Origin: Lama glama
Taxonomy: Eukaryota
Direction: 5' to 3'
NCBI GenBank assembly: GCA_028534125.1
Contig: CM052817.1
Location: 42,100,001-42,164,000 of the forward strand
DNA: 64,000 nucleotides
Both the position numbers and the translations under genes were made by a program. Below, in pieces: positions 1 to 12,480 of this stretch (the stretch's first letter is position 1; each line of letters opens with the position of its first letter). The notes below the pieces were generated by a model, which worked only from the letters and a program-made list of their open reading frames with translations, was not told where the DNA came from and searched no databases.

Positions 1-249
1 CACTGAAAATTTTCTTAGTCCTGTTTAAAACATCGTCCTCAAGATTAGGTCGTAGTGTTCTAAGCTGCAGTATGTATTTTCATTGCCTATCTTCAATCAG
101 GACTTGGAAAATAGTACTCATTAAATGACTTCGTGTGCGTTTGTTAGTTTGTTTGGGTCCGTACTGGAGATAAGTTGGTTCTGAAGGAATAATAAGACAA
201 CTGCTGTTTTCTTTAAAGTCAGATGGGTTTCAGTGAACTGTCTGCCAAC

Positions 250-644
250 GTACTGGCTTGCGAAGGCTGCCATAACATAATATCACAAACTGGGGGGCTT
301 CAACAACAGAAATTTATTTTCTTACAATTCTGGAGGCTAGAAGTCCAAGACCAAGGTGTGGGCAAGGTTAGTGTCTTCTGAGGCTTCTTCCCATGGCTCA
401 CAGATGACAGCCTTCTCCTCGTGTCTTCACACAGCTAAACCTCTGTGTGGTGTGTGCCCTAATCTCCTCTTCTTACCAGGCCACCAGTCAGCAGTCACAG
501 CGGATTAGGATCCTCCTGTGTGACCCTACTTTACTTACCTCTCTAAAGGTTCTACCTGCAAATACAGTCACATTCTGAGATACTAAGGCTTAGAACTTCA
601 ACATAGGAATTTGGGGCGGGGGCAACACAATTCAGACCATAACA
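250..644 (-). mobile_element. Solo MaLR LTR (MLT1B-like)
   Basis: gctgccataaca...aacaacagaaatttatttt...ttctggaggctagaagtccaaga...ttcagaccataaca. Confidence 0.85.
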
Positions 645-794
645 ACCAGTAAATCTATAATCACAGAGTGCCCCGTATTTCTCATTGAGCTATAGGACCA
701 AAAATCCTAGATTGAAAGTCTGAGTTCTAGAGCTAAGCACTGATTCTAGAGATTATCTAACCCACTCATTCGTGACCCTTGTCACGAATGAGCT

Positions 795-1105
795 TCCAAG
801 TGCACCAGTGCCTGGTCCCATACCCAGATATTCTGAGGAGTTAATTTTGAGTGGGACTGGTCATGAGTATTTTTTAAAACTTTCCAATTGTCTCTAATAG
901 GAGACCTGACTGCAGAACCACTGATTTAGACAAATATTTCCCAAAAGTGGTTAGAGAATCACCCAGAGAGTTTATTAAAATGCAAATTCCTATACAGGGG
1001 CAGTGGCTGACTTCACTCTGCATCTGCAGAAATGGAGCCAAGTCCATTTATCAAGGGTCTTAGTAATTTTTATGAACCCAAAAGTCTGCAAAGCTCTGAT
1101 CTAGT
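795..1105. mobile_element. MER5-like hAT-Charlie relics
   Basis: cccagatattctga...agaaccactg; agaatcaccc...aaaatgcaaattcc. Confidence 0.55.
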
Positions 1106-1109
1106 CTAA

Positions 1110-1235
1110 CCCTCTCATTTTACATTGAGGTGAAAAGGCTGAGGCTTGGCGAAGTTAGCTCATCCAAGGTCACGTAGCTAGAGAACAGCAGAGCCAGAAG
1201 GAGATTAGATGTTAGATCTCCTGAAACCTAATCTA
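1110..1235 (-). mobile_element. MIR SINE
   Basis: ctcattttaca...gaggc...ccaaggtcacgtagcta core. Confidence 0.65.
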
Positions 1236-2276
1236 AATTTTTTAGCAGGATTCTCTGAGCTAATAAAGAAATGTGTGAACATTAAAACGGTCTTGTAATT
1301 GTGGTCCCAGGATTCAACTGCATCTACCCTCGAATCCAGGCAGGTCCTGACAAGTCTAGAAGCCCAAGAGGACAGGATTATTACAGTTGTATTTCCTTTT
1401 GAAATGCATTCCAGGAGACTGTATTGTGTTTGTGGACAATGGGCAACATCAGAACTGATGGGTTATCGCGAATCCTACATTATACTGTGCTGCCAAGGCC
1501 CTGTGGGTCCCGCCTCCCCAGATTTAGGCCTGAGTCCTAGGTGGAGGCTACAGTAATGAGTTAGCAAATTCAGTGCTATGAAACCAATGGAGGAGTCTGT
1601 TTCCCTGGCACCAGTAGCTTCTGCAGCAGGAGTCAGTGGCTTAGCATCACTCGCCATCAGAAAGTGGCAGTCTCTGTGCTGGCATTGGCTGGCAGAGAAG
1701 TAGCAGTGGCTGACTGGTGAGCTGGAACAGGGAGCAAACTGGTAGCTCAAGAGATTTTCACTTCTGCTGCTATTACCCATCCAAAATCCAGGGGTAAAGA
1801 GAGCTCTTGGGAGCTTGGTGTCAGAGTCTGAGTTGGTAAAGGGAGGGAACACACATAGACAAATAAGTTGCAACATGATTTTAGAAAACCTAATGCATTG
1901 GAATCTGAAAACTTAAAATCCAACCCCTCAGGGGGTGATGATCCACAAATATTGAACATTTTTTCTATAAAGATTTAGCTTACAGGTTTTCTTGAACAGA
2001 GAATTATCTATGCACTTCTATTTTTTGTTGTTCAAAACAACCCAGACTTGAGTGAGAAAGAACAGCAAAATGTTGACATGTTATGAATCACTAGAAATGG
2101 GAAAAAAATCCATATGAAACAAAGATAGAGCATCAGTGAAGATTTTTTAATTTAATGTATATTTATAGCACTATAATTCAATTGAGCCTCAATATATCAA
2201 CAACATAGCCATTTTCTAGACTGAGGATTTATACATTTTAAGTTTCCCAAGGGTTGGCTGCTGTTCTAAACCCTTC

Positions 2277-2440
2277 ACAGTGTTTCTCAAAGTGTGGAGT
2301 GTGGAGCAAGAACCACCCGCTCTAGACTCACTTAGGATGATCACTTACAATGCAAGACTCTGGGCCCCTCATGAGATCTACCCAGTTTCTGGAGATGAGC
2401 TTGAGAATCTGCATTTTTAGCAGATACCTAGGTGATTTAG
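2277..2440. mobile_element. MER5-like hAT DNA transposon
   Basis: cagtgtttctcaaagtgtgg...gagaatctgcattttta...ggtgatt. Confidence 0.65.
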
Positions 2441-5400
2441 AGTGATTGCTCCCTCGAGGACCTCTACAATGTCCAAAGATACTACTGCTTTTCCTCTGCT
2501 CTGGGAGCTCTTAATAATATTTCTGATGAAGATTTCTGCGAATAGTTGTCTCTGGGGATTGTCTTCTTTTGGAGTTGTTACCTTACTGAGTCAATGAAAA
2601 TGTGAAGTTGTTATCAGAGGTCCTCTTTTTTCAGTGTCTTTACATGATTTTCCAGGTGACCGTGCTCCTGGGTCCCTGAGTAAGCCGTGTAGGAGCTGGT
2701 ATGAAAGGGACCCAGACTCTGTACGTATTAAACTTTAAATTTCTTCTCCTGAAGTGTGGTCAAAGGGAAGCCACCGTCCCAGAGAAGAGAGAAAATGTGT
2801 GCTCTCTGAAATCCCAAGTCCCTATTTTTAAGCTGTTACAAAACTGGCTTAATACCAACATAGATATATTTTGGATATTTAAAGGATTTAAGAAATTCAG
2901 ATGGGAGCTGCTGGCAACCATGTAACTTGATGAAACTTGTCTTACCATGCTATTATCATTACTCTGCATGGAATTAGGTTTTTGAAAGGTAGGTTTTCTA
3001 AATATCTTCCTGGTTTTAAGTTTAGGCATGTTTGGAGGCTTAATAAACACTTTCAAGTGTAGCCTCAAATTCAAAGACCTCTGATTTGGAAGCAGTCTTA
3101 GGCATTACCACCCCCAGAAGAGAAGAATCTCTACATACCAATGCCTCCTCTTTCCTTCGACAGTTCCAAAATTAGGAATTAAGCCCCTAAAAAGCAAATG
3201 GAGGGAAAAAAATACTTTCACGTAAGATTCAAACATTTTTTCTTACTATTTATTCATACTGGTGGGAATCTTCTATGCCACCTCTTTGCTGGAGGGCAAA
3301 GGACTAAGGGATACCTAACAAAGTCATAAGGCAGAGGCAACCGAGGGTGAGAGGTTCTGAGACAGAATTCAGAGGTTAGATTAAATGTCCATGCAGATGA
3401 GCTTCCCACATTCACTATTTACCTCTATCCAGCCCTGCTAAAGCAAATAGTGTACTTAACCCTCTCTCTAAAAGCATTGTAATGGAGAAATCTAATTTAT
3501 CTCTCTTTTTAGGAGGAACCCTGTAGTATTAGTCCCTTTCTTTCTTTTCTTTACCTTCATTTGGCTCCCACCCTGGACCCCTGAGCCTAGAGAAGCCTAT
3601 GGATACTAAGATTTCTCTAACCCGCATGATTTTTTATCATTTTGGGGACTGGGTGTCGCTGTTTGGCAATGTTTTTCTCTCTCAAAGACCCAGTGAAATC
3701 TTGCCAGAGGGGAAAACAGATCTTAATTTATTTGTTTGTCTGGGAGAAAAGAAGTCATTAAATACTTTCAAAAAGTTTCACACTTCACAAAAAAAAAAAA
3801 AAGTTACCAAACACAGAAAAAGCTACTTTGAGTTCTGCAAGCAATAACACTGGCACACCCATCCCAGATGAATCCCCAGAGAAAAGTATAATCATGCTAC
3901 ATTTTTCTGGATTTCAACCCCCACAGCAGATGTGCCCTGGGCTCCTGGTCAAGGGTGGGACTGGTTTCTGGATTTCTCCCCTGAAACCCACAGCTTTGCT
4001 TTTCTCAAGAAAAAAAAAAAAAAAAAAAAAGGATGAAAGAAATCTGGAATTGGTGGCTAGACATCCGAAGAGAAGCGAAGGGACAAAGAACTGGTTGAAT
4101 TAATTTCTTTCGTCCCATAATTATTTTCTTCCAAATCTCATTCCTGTTCTTCGTTTACAAAGGACATTAGGATATTTCCCTGAAGAATTTACTCCCTGGA
4201 GAATTTGGGAAAGAGAAGACGATAGTGTAGGTGTTCTTCAAATCTCAATTTTAAAAGAGGGGAAATGATAAAATGACACATTCTAGCTCAAAGTCTATTT
4301 AAAAACACTAAAAAAAAAGTGAGCTGGAATCAGGGATCCCTTCTAATGATACTGACTGTTGGATTAATATCATTCATGCATCACCATGATCTGCAAAACC
4401 AGAGTTGTTTTCACTAAGAACTGAGACAGCATAGCTTTCTAAGCAAGGTGTCATTTCTTTAATGGTACGCAGGAAGAGAAACAGGCTTCTCTTCTGCATT
4501 TTGAGCATCTTTTCTACAAAAGGGCAAATTATAGCTAGGATTGCTCTTACGGCCCTTTTCATTCTTATTGTTTTGCTTGTATATAATTTTTAAGTATTGG
4601 GAACACATGGTACTTATAATTTAAGATTATTATAGCTAAGCCAATTAAACCCATACATCCTTCGATGGACTTATAGGCTTGCTTGATTTTACTTCTTAAG
4701 TATTATTTCAGTGATCCTTCTGTAAGTTTGGGACGTAAGAAAGAAGAGCTGAGTAGTTAAATACACATCTACAAAATGAAACCAGCTGTTACTCCCACCT
4801 CTGCTTGAAAATGAGCAAAGATCATTAAAGGAAGTCAAGGCCACAAAAGAGTTCTTAGAGAGGACTAGAGCATCCTGACTACCTGAGGAAGATAAGCCGA
4901 GGCTAAAAATCTCTCTCTCTTATCAAAAGGGATGTTAATCCTTTACAATAGTATGAAAAGCTTCTACATGAATGATTGTACTTGCTTTTCAAGACACAGC
5001 TGTGCAATAAGCCCACAAGTAGTATTATTCACAAGTTCAAGTAAAGTAAACTGAGATACATAGATGGAAAGGCCTCAAAATTTGGAGCAGATGTCCTGCC
5101 TTAGGAGCCATTATTCTTTCCATTACACTATGGTATTGTATCACGTTTTTCTGTTACAAGATCCTAAAACATGATGAATTGGGACCCTTAGGAGGCTTCC
5201 TCCTGGATAGGTTGTGAGAATTAAACCAAAGCAACATATGAGAAGTACTTAGAAGAGTACCTGCCAGTTGTGTATCTATGTGTGCACTAAAATGGATACG
5301 TACATTTGTATATATAAATGTATATGTGTGTACATAATATACACATATATGCGTAAAAATGCACCATGTGTGCAAACATGCACACATACATACATATTCC

Positions 5401-6339
5401 AGTGCACAGACACAGACAACTTGAAAAGAAATAAGTAAATAACAATGATCATAACCAGGCTAGCTATGGAAGGAGGACACTTTACCTGACCTCTGACCCT
5501 AGAGAGTTAAAAAATACAATTTTTTTAAAAGAACTTTTTCTTCAGTTTCTTCATCCTCTAGTCCTGGAGAAGAGACAAGTTTCTAAAAATTTTAAGTCCT
5601 GATTTAAAATAAGAAAAGCAAAAGTTGCCTTAGGAGTGGGATCTGTGAAGCAGAGAAGCGGAGAGCATCCCTTCTGCCTGCCCAGCCCGATTATAAAGCC
5701 GGCAAGTGTTCAGGCCCACCAGTCTAAGGCTTCTGTTTCTGCCTCAGCATTCTAGGCCTCATGGCCCGGTTGTCAACTAAAATGCATTTGCAAGAGGAAA
5801 GGGAGGTGGCCCAGCTTCTCACTCCATTTCCAGTTCAGTTTCTGAGCGGGCTAAACTTTCTACACCCATTGGAGGTATTTTTGCACCTTCCGCGGAAGAC
5901 AGTATTTCCAAACAAGGCCCAAAGGTTATCTGTTCAAAAGTCAGACCAGCTGCTGCTTCTACTAAGAGGAACTGTTCAAGAGGTGGCCGTGTGAGATCCC
6001 AGGTGTGTGTATGTGTTTGTCTGTCTGTCTAGAGAGGACTGGCACTTGTCCCTCTCTCTGCATCCCCAAGTAGGGTGTGAGGTCGTCCTCAGTACCCAAT
6101 ATATTGACAGTGCAGTCTCCGGTTGGGCTGGTGCGACCACCACAGGAGTTGGTTGCCTGAATGGCTGAGAATCATCAGGGGTGAGGGTTAGGGTAGGGAT
6201 TTCCTAATAAAACTCCAGAAATGATCTCATATCTCCAGAAGTACTTAAGAGATGGAAAAGAACGTGGAGGTCAGGCAGGATTGCGGGATGGGGAAACAGA
6301 GATACCACAGAATGATCCAAATTGATTCCAGAACAGAGA

Positions 6340-7450
6340 ACTGGAAAGGAAAATCTGAAACCTCGGGGCGGATCCCTGCTCGCCGCGGAGGGGTCCTCGG
6401 TGGTCGGCTAACGCGAGGCGTCCCGGCGCGGCTGAGCGCTGACGGCTGCCCCTGGTTCCGGGTGTGTGCGCCTCCCCAGGAGCACCTGCCGTGGGCCCTG
6501 CAGACCAAGCACGCACTCTTCCACCGTCCTGTGGGTGCGGAGGGGAGTCTGCGCCGATTGTGCGCAGGGAAGGAGAGGAGAAGCCCCTGACCCAAGAGGC
6601 AGGTCGCCCTGGGCCTCGGGCCCTCGGAATCGGGAGTCGGAGGTGCACTTCCTGGGCATTTTATTGGTATGACTGGTCCCGGGCGTCCAAGGTCTCGGTG
6701 CAGCGGATCACGCTTACTGGACCCGGCGACTAAAAAGAGAAGCTGAGGAGAGGGCAAACTCTACAGAGGACCGGAAGCGGGGTGCACTGAGGTTCAGAGA
6801 CCCGGGTGGGAGGAGGAAGTGCGCAACCCCGCTGGACCCCTGTCCTCTCACCGCAGCGCCGGACGGCGGCCGTGGCTGCACATCTATGTTCGCAACTGGC
6901 CGGCGCGCGGCTGCGTCCTCTACTCGCGGTTCTCTGAGCCTCGGAGGGCCTCGGAGGGCCGCAGAGCTAGGAGTGGGCCCGGGACCTTGGGAACTTTCCC
7001 CGCTGGGTCCGGTGTCGGTCTCGGCTCTACAGAGCCTGCAAAGCTGTGCAGAGATGTGCGTGCGTCCTTTCCTGGCCCTCTAGTTCCCGCACGCCTGTGC
7101 GCGTACGCTGTCCTCTGCAAACACATCCTGGGAAATACAGGCGTCGCCCCCTCCCACGCACAAACGCCAACAGAGAAGAGGGGTTCGCAGTCCGCCCAGA
7201 GACAGCACGCTTGGAGATCGCAGACGCTAGGCGCCGGGTCTCTCCCAAGCCTTCTGCCCCTCAGTGGGACACCGCAAGCGCTGGTGCGGCAGCCGCTCGG
7301 TTTTCCTTTTCCCCAGTCTTTAGGACCTGTGGTTTTGGCAGGCACTCGGAGCTCAGGCCACCTGCTTGGGCTTCAGGGCACCAGCCTGCTCCAAGTCTTC
7401 ATGACCCTGTGACCTTGTTTTCTCCGCAGCTGCTCGCCCACATTTGCGCC
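6340..7450. promoter_or_regulatory. CpG island downstream of PRDM8
   Basis: Visibly high GC and CpG density relative to the flanks; no coherent coding frame. Confidence 0.75.
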
Positions 7451-8329
7451 TATGGCCTCAGCTGGCTCAGCAGAGGGGTGGGGTTATGGAATCTTAGAAA
7501 TTCTCATCTAAGAAAGTTAAGATACATCCGAAAGCTTGAAAATGCAACATTAAAAGAAAACATGTCTCAGTTTGCCTTGGCTGAAGGCAAAACTAGCTTT
7601 GGGCACTCTTCCCCTACTGCTTCTCGCCAAAAAGGTCTTGTAGGCAGTTTGGTCAGCAAAGCTGCCCAGCTCTAAAGTGTCTGCCACGAACACACCTACC
7701 TGGGTCGCCTGGGCAGTAGCTCAGCCAAGGCTCGGCTTTCTTCCACGTTGTGTGATTAAGTCAATGACCATGCAAAAGAAAACACAGGGGAAGCTCAGGA
7801 GGTGTCTGTATGTGTCCCTCAAAAAATAATGTTCTAGACTATGAGGAAGTCCTTTTCAAAAAGCAGTATTTGCTTACTTTTTCTTCAGATCTAAATTCAA
7901 TCTTTGAATCTCCAACAGGTAATAAAGCCACCACAGTGAAAAGGAGATTCTGGAAGAATGGGACAGAAATGAAAGGGCATTCAAGTTTTTTTGGTTTATT
8001 TTTTAAAGTAAGACCCCAGGCAACCTGGGTTCGTTGGCTGCTTGGTTGGTTGGTTGGTTGGTTTTTAAGAAACTTTTGCTCCAGAGATCCACTATGTTCC
8101 AGGCAATTTAGTCAGCCTCTCAGGCATTGTGATTTAAAGATCTCTTGAGGCCCACTTCCTATTTGTCCCCAAATATCTTTCTTACTTCTTGCCATCAAAT
8201 TTGCTCCACAACCAATCTTGATCTTTTCTCCAGAAAGCCCTGTTTAGATTTAAAAGGAGCCTGATTAGCTCACTAGAAAAAAAATTTTCCCCATGCTAGA
8301 AGTTCTTTTAAAGATAGCAGAACCTGTCT

Positions 8330-8455
8330 CACTCATTGTAGAGATAAGAAACCAAGATGCAGGTAAATTAATGATGCCAATAATGATGCAAGGTTATACT
8401 AGTCATTCAGAGCAGAGTTATAACTGGAATTTTGGATTGTTCTTCTCATCACACT
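8330..8455 (-). mobile_element. MIR SINE fragment
   Basis: cattgtagagataagaaacc...aaggttatactag...agagttataactggaa. Confidence 0.5.
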
Positions 8456-9685
8456 TTGCTGGGGATTAGTGTTTCAAATTACCCAACTGTTGCCTAGGAA
8501 AACTGAGAGCAAGCCTCGAAGAAATGTAGCGCTAAAAGTACTTGGATAATCTTAAGAAAGTCAGCCTGCTTTTTCAACAACCTTGGTCACACTTAAGGAT
8601 ACACCTTTTTGCCTTGCCCCTGGTCTTTGCCTGCCTAATAATAACTTGTTCTGTAGTCACCTTAAGATAATGAAGTTTTTACAATCCCTTTAAGGAAAAC
8701 CATTGAAAGCCTACAGTGAGACTCTGTGCAAGTTTCCCATTTCAGACCTTTTCACAAGTGTCTTCCTTCTGACATAGGGGACGGTTGGCAAGATGTGAAG
8801 GAAGGAAGAAAAAAATGGGAAAACACCTTCTGTGATAGATAAATCAGTGCAATATCTGTCACTAGAGCATCTATAGAGTGACTCTGAATATGCCCATAGA
8901 TCAAATGCTTGCTACTCTAGGGCCTAAAGGATCATCATTCATTTGGTTTTGTATCTACTAGTTGCTGGACATACTACATGCACCTACATGTGTATACTTT
9001 GTTTAAGAACTGTTGTCAGTATATGAAGAGTACAGAGGGACTTTCTGTAAGAGGAAGGGCAGGGAGAGGAGGAAAGTTATCAGGTTATTCTGTATTGTGA
9101 TGCTCCAGGGCTCTTTTTTTTCAGAGGCTGTGCACCTGCTCAGGCTTTTAGAAGGAAAGCTGGGACTTCCTATACCTAGACCACTGTGGTCATTTCACCT
9201 TGGTTTCCAAAGAAGCTCTCCATAGGGTCTCTTAATGGGAAATGACAGAAAAGCTGAAGGGTTCTAGTGCCCAAGATGCTCTTTCATGTAAGATTCACTA
9301 GTAGAACCTATAGTAGGGCTTTTCACCTGGTCCCCCAGACCCAGGCCTGAAGAATGGCCACTTGTGAAGATGCTAGTTATCCTGCTGCTGAAAACAATGC
9401 TGACATTCCAGGGACAGGTTAGCTGCATGTCCCTGAAGGCATCTTTGTTTAAATAATTTGTCCTTTAATCAAGAAGCTCAACACTTTTCAGATAAAGATG
9501 TTCCAAATAATAATCAAACCTTACCTTCTAACTTTAAGCCTCAAAATTGGCTTAGAGTAAATAATGCAAGTGGGGCAGGGTTTATCGCCCCTCTCTTCTG
9601 CTATCTCTTCTCAAAGTGCAGCCCTAAGCTACAAAAAAAAATTTGAAAAACACTTTCCAAATAATTGCTTTGAAGAAAATAGTCA

Positions 9686-9691
9686 TTTATT
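9686..9691 (-). terminator. Polyadenylation signal AATAAA
   Basis: Plus-strand tttatt; minus-strand downstream element ...ggaaagtgtttttc. Confidence 0.7.
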
Positions 9692-10208
9692 GTCAAAGCA
9701 TCCAACATATCCGGATAATCTATAAAGTTTAATAAATCTTTCCAGGGATAAAAGAAACACGTAACTATTCAGACTCCATTTCACTGGCACAAAATTACAC
9801 TTTGTATTAAAAGGAAATACATATTTACATAATGATGACATTCTTCATTGAAGTCCATATTCATTTCATGATACATGCACTTCCCCTGGAAATTTAAATT
9901 GAATGGTGACCCCCTTTTTATTTGTTTTGCTTATTTTGTAAGAACACAAACTGTAATCAAGAAATGCCGAAAGCATTTCACACTCCTCCTTTACTTTATA
10001 TCTAAAATAAATTTTGCCCTTACATATAATTATTACATCTAAATCGTAAGTGCTTAATAATTTAAGTAGAAACGTATGACAAATGCATCAATATGTTGCA
10101 ATATATGACATTTTTAAAAATGTACTTTTGTTTTTGGGAAAGTGAAAATGCGTGCATTCAAAAGAAAACCCCTCAACCAACCCACCAGATCAAAAATCCA
10201 CCATCCTG

Positions 10209-10210
<2 letters not shown>

Positions 10211-10251
<41 letters not shown>

Positions 10252-10258
10252 CGCGCGC
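10211..10258. repeat. (GT)n microsatellite followed by GCGCGC, in the PRDM8 3' UTR
   Basis: Read directly. Confidence 0.95.
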
Positions 10259-10452
10259 TAGTGTAGGTCTCGGGTAAACATTTGGATGTAAAGGCTGTGG
10301 GGGAGAGCACGTGTGTGCACGTGTGTGTATGTGTGTGTATGTGCGCGCGATGTTTCAGGTCACAAGGAGGTGGTGGATATCCTAGAGTGTTTGTTCCTGC
10401 AGGTGGCTCGACTGTGCGTATGCGCCCGTGGAAAGCTGGGGTCCTTTCCATG

Positions 10453-12083
10453 TCAATTATGCGAGGTCATGTGCCTGGAGAGATGGTGGCGCTCCCTGAA
10501 GGACTCGTTGCAGATGGGGCACTTGAGTTTCTCCTCCCGCCTTCGCTTCACCAAGGGCTCCATGGCGTACTCCTTTTTGTGATGAGACCTCATGTGGTAC
10601 ACCAGGTCAGAGGTCATGCGGAAGGAGGCATTGCACTTGGCGCACCAGTTCTGTGCGGGCAGACACAGCGAGGTGAAGGAGGGTGGCAGCAGCGTGAGCG
10701 CCGAGGGCAGCTGCAACTGCAGGGGCCCCGCAGCCGCGGCTGCCGCGGCCGCCGCGGCCGCCGCGGCGGCGGAGCTTTTGGGCCAGAAGGCAGTGGCGTA
10801 GAGGAAGGGGCTCTGTTTGGGCAGCCCGCCGCCGCCGCCACCGTTCGGCAGGGACCCGCAAGCTCCGTTCAGGTCCGCGGCTCCCTGGAGCTTCACGGCC
10901 AGAGGGTCGGAGGCGGCCGGGTAGAGTCTGGTGGGGCCGACACCGTCGCCGGGGTGGCACGGCTCGAGCGCGCTCAGCTTCTGGCCCAGCACCAGCGGGG
11001 ACAGCTGCGAGAAGGAGCGCGCCGGCTGCGAGAAGGCGCTTTTGCGCTCGTCCGACGCGGCGCCCTGGCCGCCGCCCGCGCCGCCCGCGGCCCCCGCGCC
11101 CGCGCCGCCCCCGGCGCCGTTGCCGCCCGCGCCTCCCAGCTGCGGCACCGAGGTGAAGGCGCTGCCCCGCGCCGGGCTGCCGCCCTCCAGCCGGCCCGGC
11201 AGCGCGCCCCCGGGCCGGGGGGCCAGCAGCTTCTCGGCGCCGGCCGGAGACGCGGCCACGGGCGTGGAGGAGCCGCCGCCGCCCGCGTCCTGGTCCTCAG
11301 CGGCCGTGCTCCCGCCGTCGGCGGCCGCCTCCTCCTGCAGACCGGCCGCTCGGGCCGCCTTCTTCACCTCCACGAAGGCGCTGCGCTTCGCCTCGCCCGT
11401 CTCCGGGCTGGGCGGCGCGAAGAGGCGGCCGTTCTCTTCCAGGCCGAAGTAGCTGCCGGAGGCGCGGTATTGCTGCGGCGTGCACACCAGGTCCTCCTTG
11501 GAGGCGGGCAGGGGCCGCTCGGCGAAGCGGCCCCGGCCTCCAACCAGCCCCGCGCCGCCCCCGCCGCCGCCGCCGCCACTCTCCGCCGCCTCCTCCGGGA
11601 ATTTCCTCTTCCCTTTGCCGACGCCCGCGGCGTTGCCGTCGGGACTCAGCTCCGCCTCCTGGTGGCCGCTGCCGTTGCTGCCGCTGCTGAGGCTCCGGAC
11701 TGGGGAGCAGCCGCTGGCTCCCCCTGAGTTCTCCAGCTCTCGGGCCAGATTGTGAAAGTCCGTGGACGGCTTCGCGCTGCCGCCGCCACCAGCCGCAGGC
11801 GGGTTACCGCCCTCGGGGGAGGCGGCCGGGTAGTGGTGGACAGGGCCGGCTTTGCAGAACTTGGGGCCGGGACCCAAGGGTGCCTCCTGTTGCTGCGTCT
11901 GCTGCTGATCCTTGCCGCCGCCGCCCCCGTGATCCTTGGTGCCCACGCCGCCGCCTTGCTCCTCTCGGGGGCTCAGCTCAGCGCTGTGAAGTCTCTTGGG
12001 GCAGCGGAAGCGCAGATGCGCCACATAGGGGAACTCAAACTGGAAACGTTGGCTGCATTCCAGGCATGTGTAAGGGGACGACC
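10453..12083 (-). CDS. PRDM8: PRDM8 last coding exon (1631 nt: atypical zinc finger 1, Gly/Ala-rich linker, two C2H2 fingers, TGA stop)
   Basis: Acceptor taagcag|GG restores the frame (GSSPYTCLECSQRFQFEFPYVAHLRFRC). Ends NWCAKCNASFRMTSDLVYHMRSHH...LKCPICNESFRERHHLSRHMTSHN*. Spliced CDS 219+232+1631=2082 nt, i.e. 693 aa. Confidence 0.97.
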
Positions 12084-12470
12084 CTGCTTAGTGAGCAAAC
12101 GCCACACACAGACACACAAGCGCACGCACACACACGCATACCACATGATTATTCAGCATCGTCTGCAGGACAGTTTGCCATCACCCCCTTCACAAATCCA
12201 CCGTTACCTCTCAGGGACTGAGTGCCCAAGAACAGAATATCCAGTAAGGCCTAATCCGACTTTGCCACCTGACTTGGGGGCCGTACAGTAATTAGGCCAA
12301 GCGTGCCCCGATTTATTCTCACCTATCTGTCCCAGCTTCATTCTGAACTATATCTCAGAGGCTTTCTCTGAGGCACCCCAAGGGAGGAAAGGCGCGCCGA
12401 GACGCCAGAGTGAGCCCCGCTGCTCCCTGAGTTGCTCCCCGCTTGCTAAGGGCCCATACGCAGGTCGAGA
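10480..12470. promoter_or_regulatory. Gene-body CpG island over the last PRDM8 exon
   Basis: Extremely GC/CpG-rich sequence. Confidence 0.85.
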
Positions 12471-12480
12471 GCCAACCTAC

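Larger units (their letters stand above)
9665..10452 (-). other. PRDM8: PRDM8 3' UTR
   Basis: AT-rich sequence after the stop codon. AATAAA on the minus strand at 9686-9691 with a downstream U/GU-rich tract; alternative AATAAA at 9917-9922. The 3' end is approximate. Confidence 0.75.

Noticed and set aside
6245..7675. Several 110-210-aa ORFs on both strands
   Set aside because: Overlapping low-complexity frames in a CpG island with no protein-family signature.
10282..11727. 481-aa plus-strand ORF
   Set aside because: Antisense shadow of the GC-rich PRDM8 exon. It has a non-ATG start, runs through a GT repeat and has no recognisable domain.
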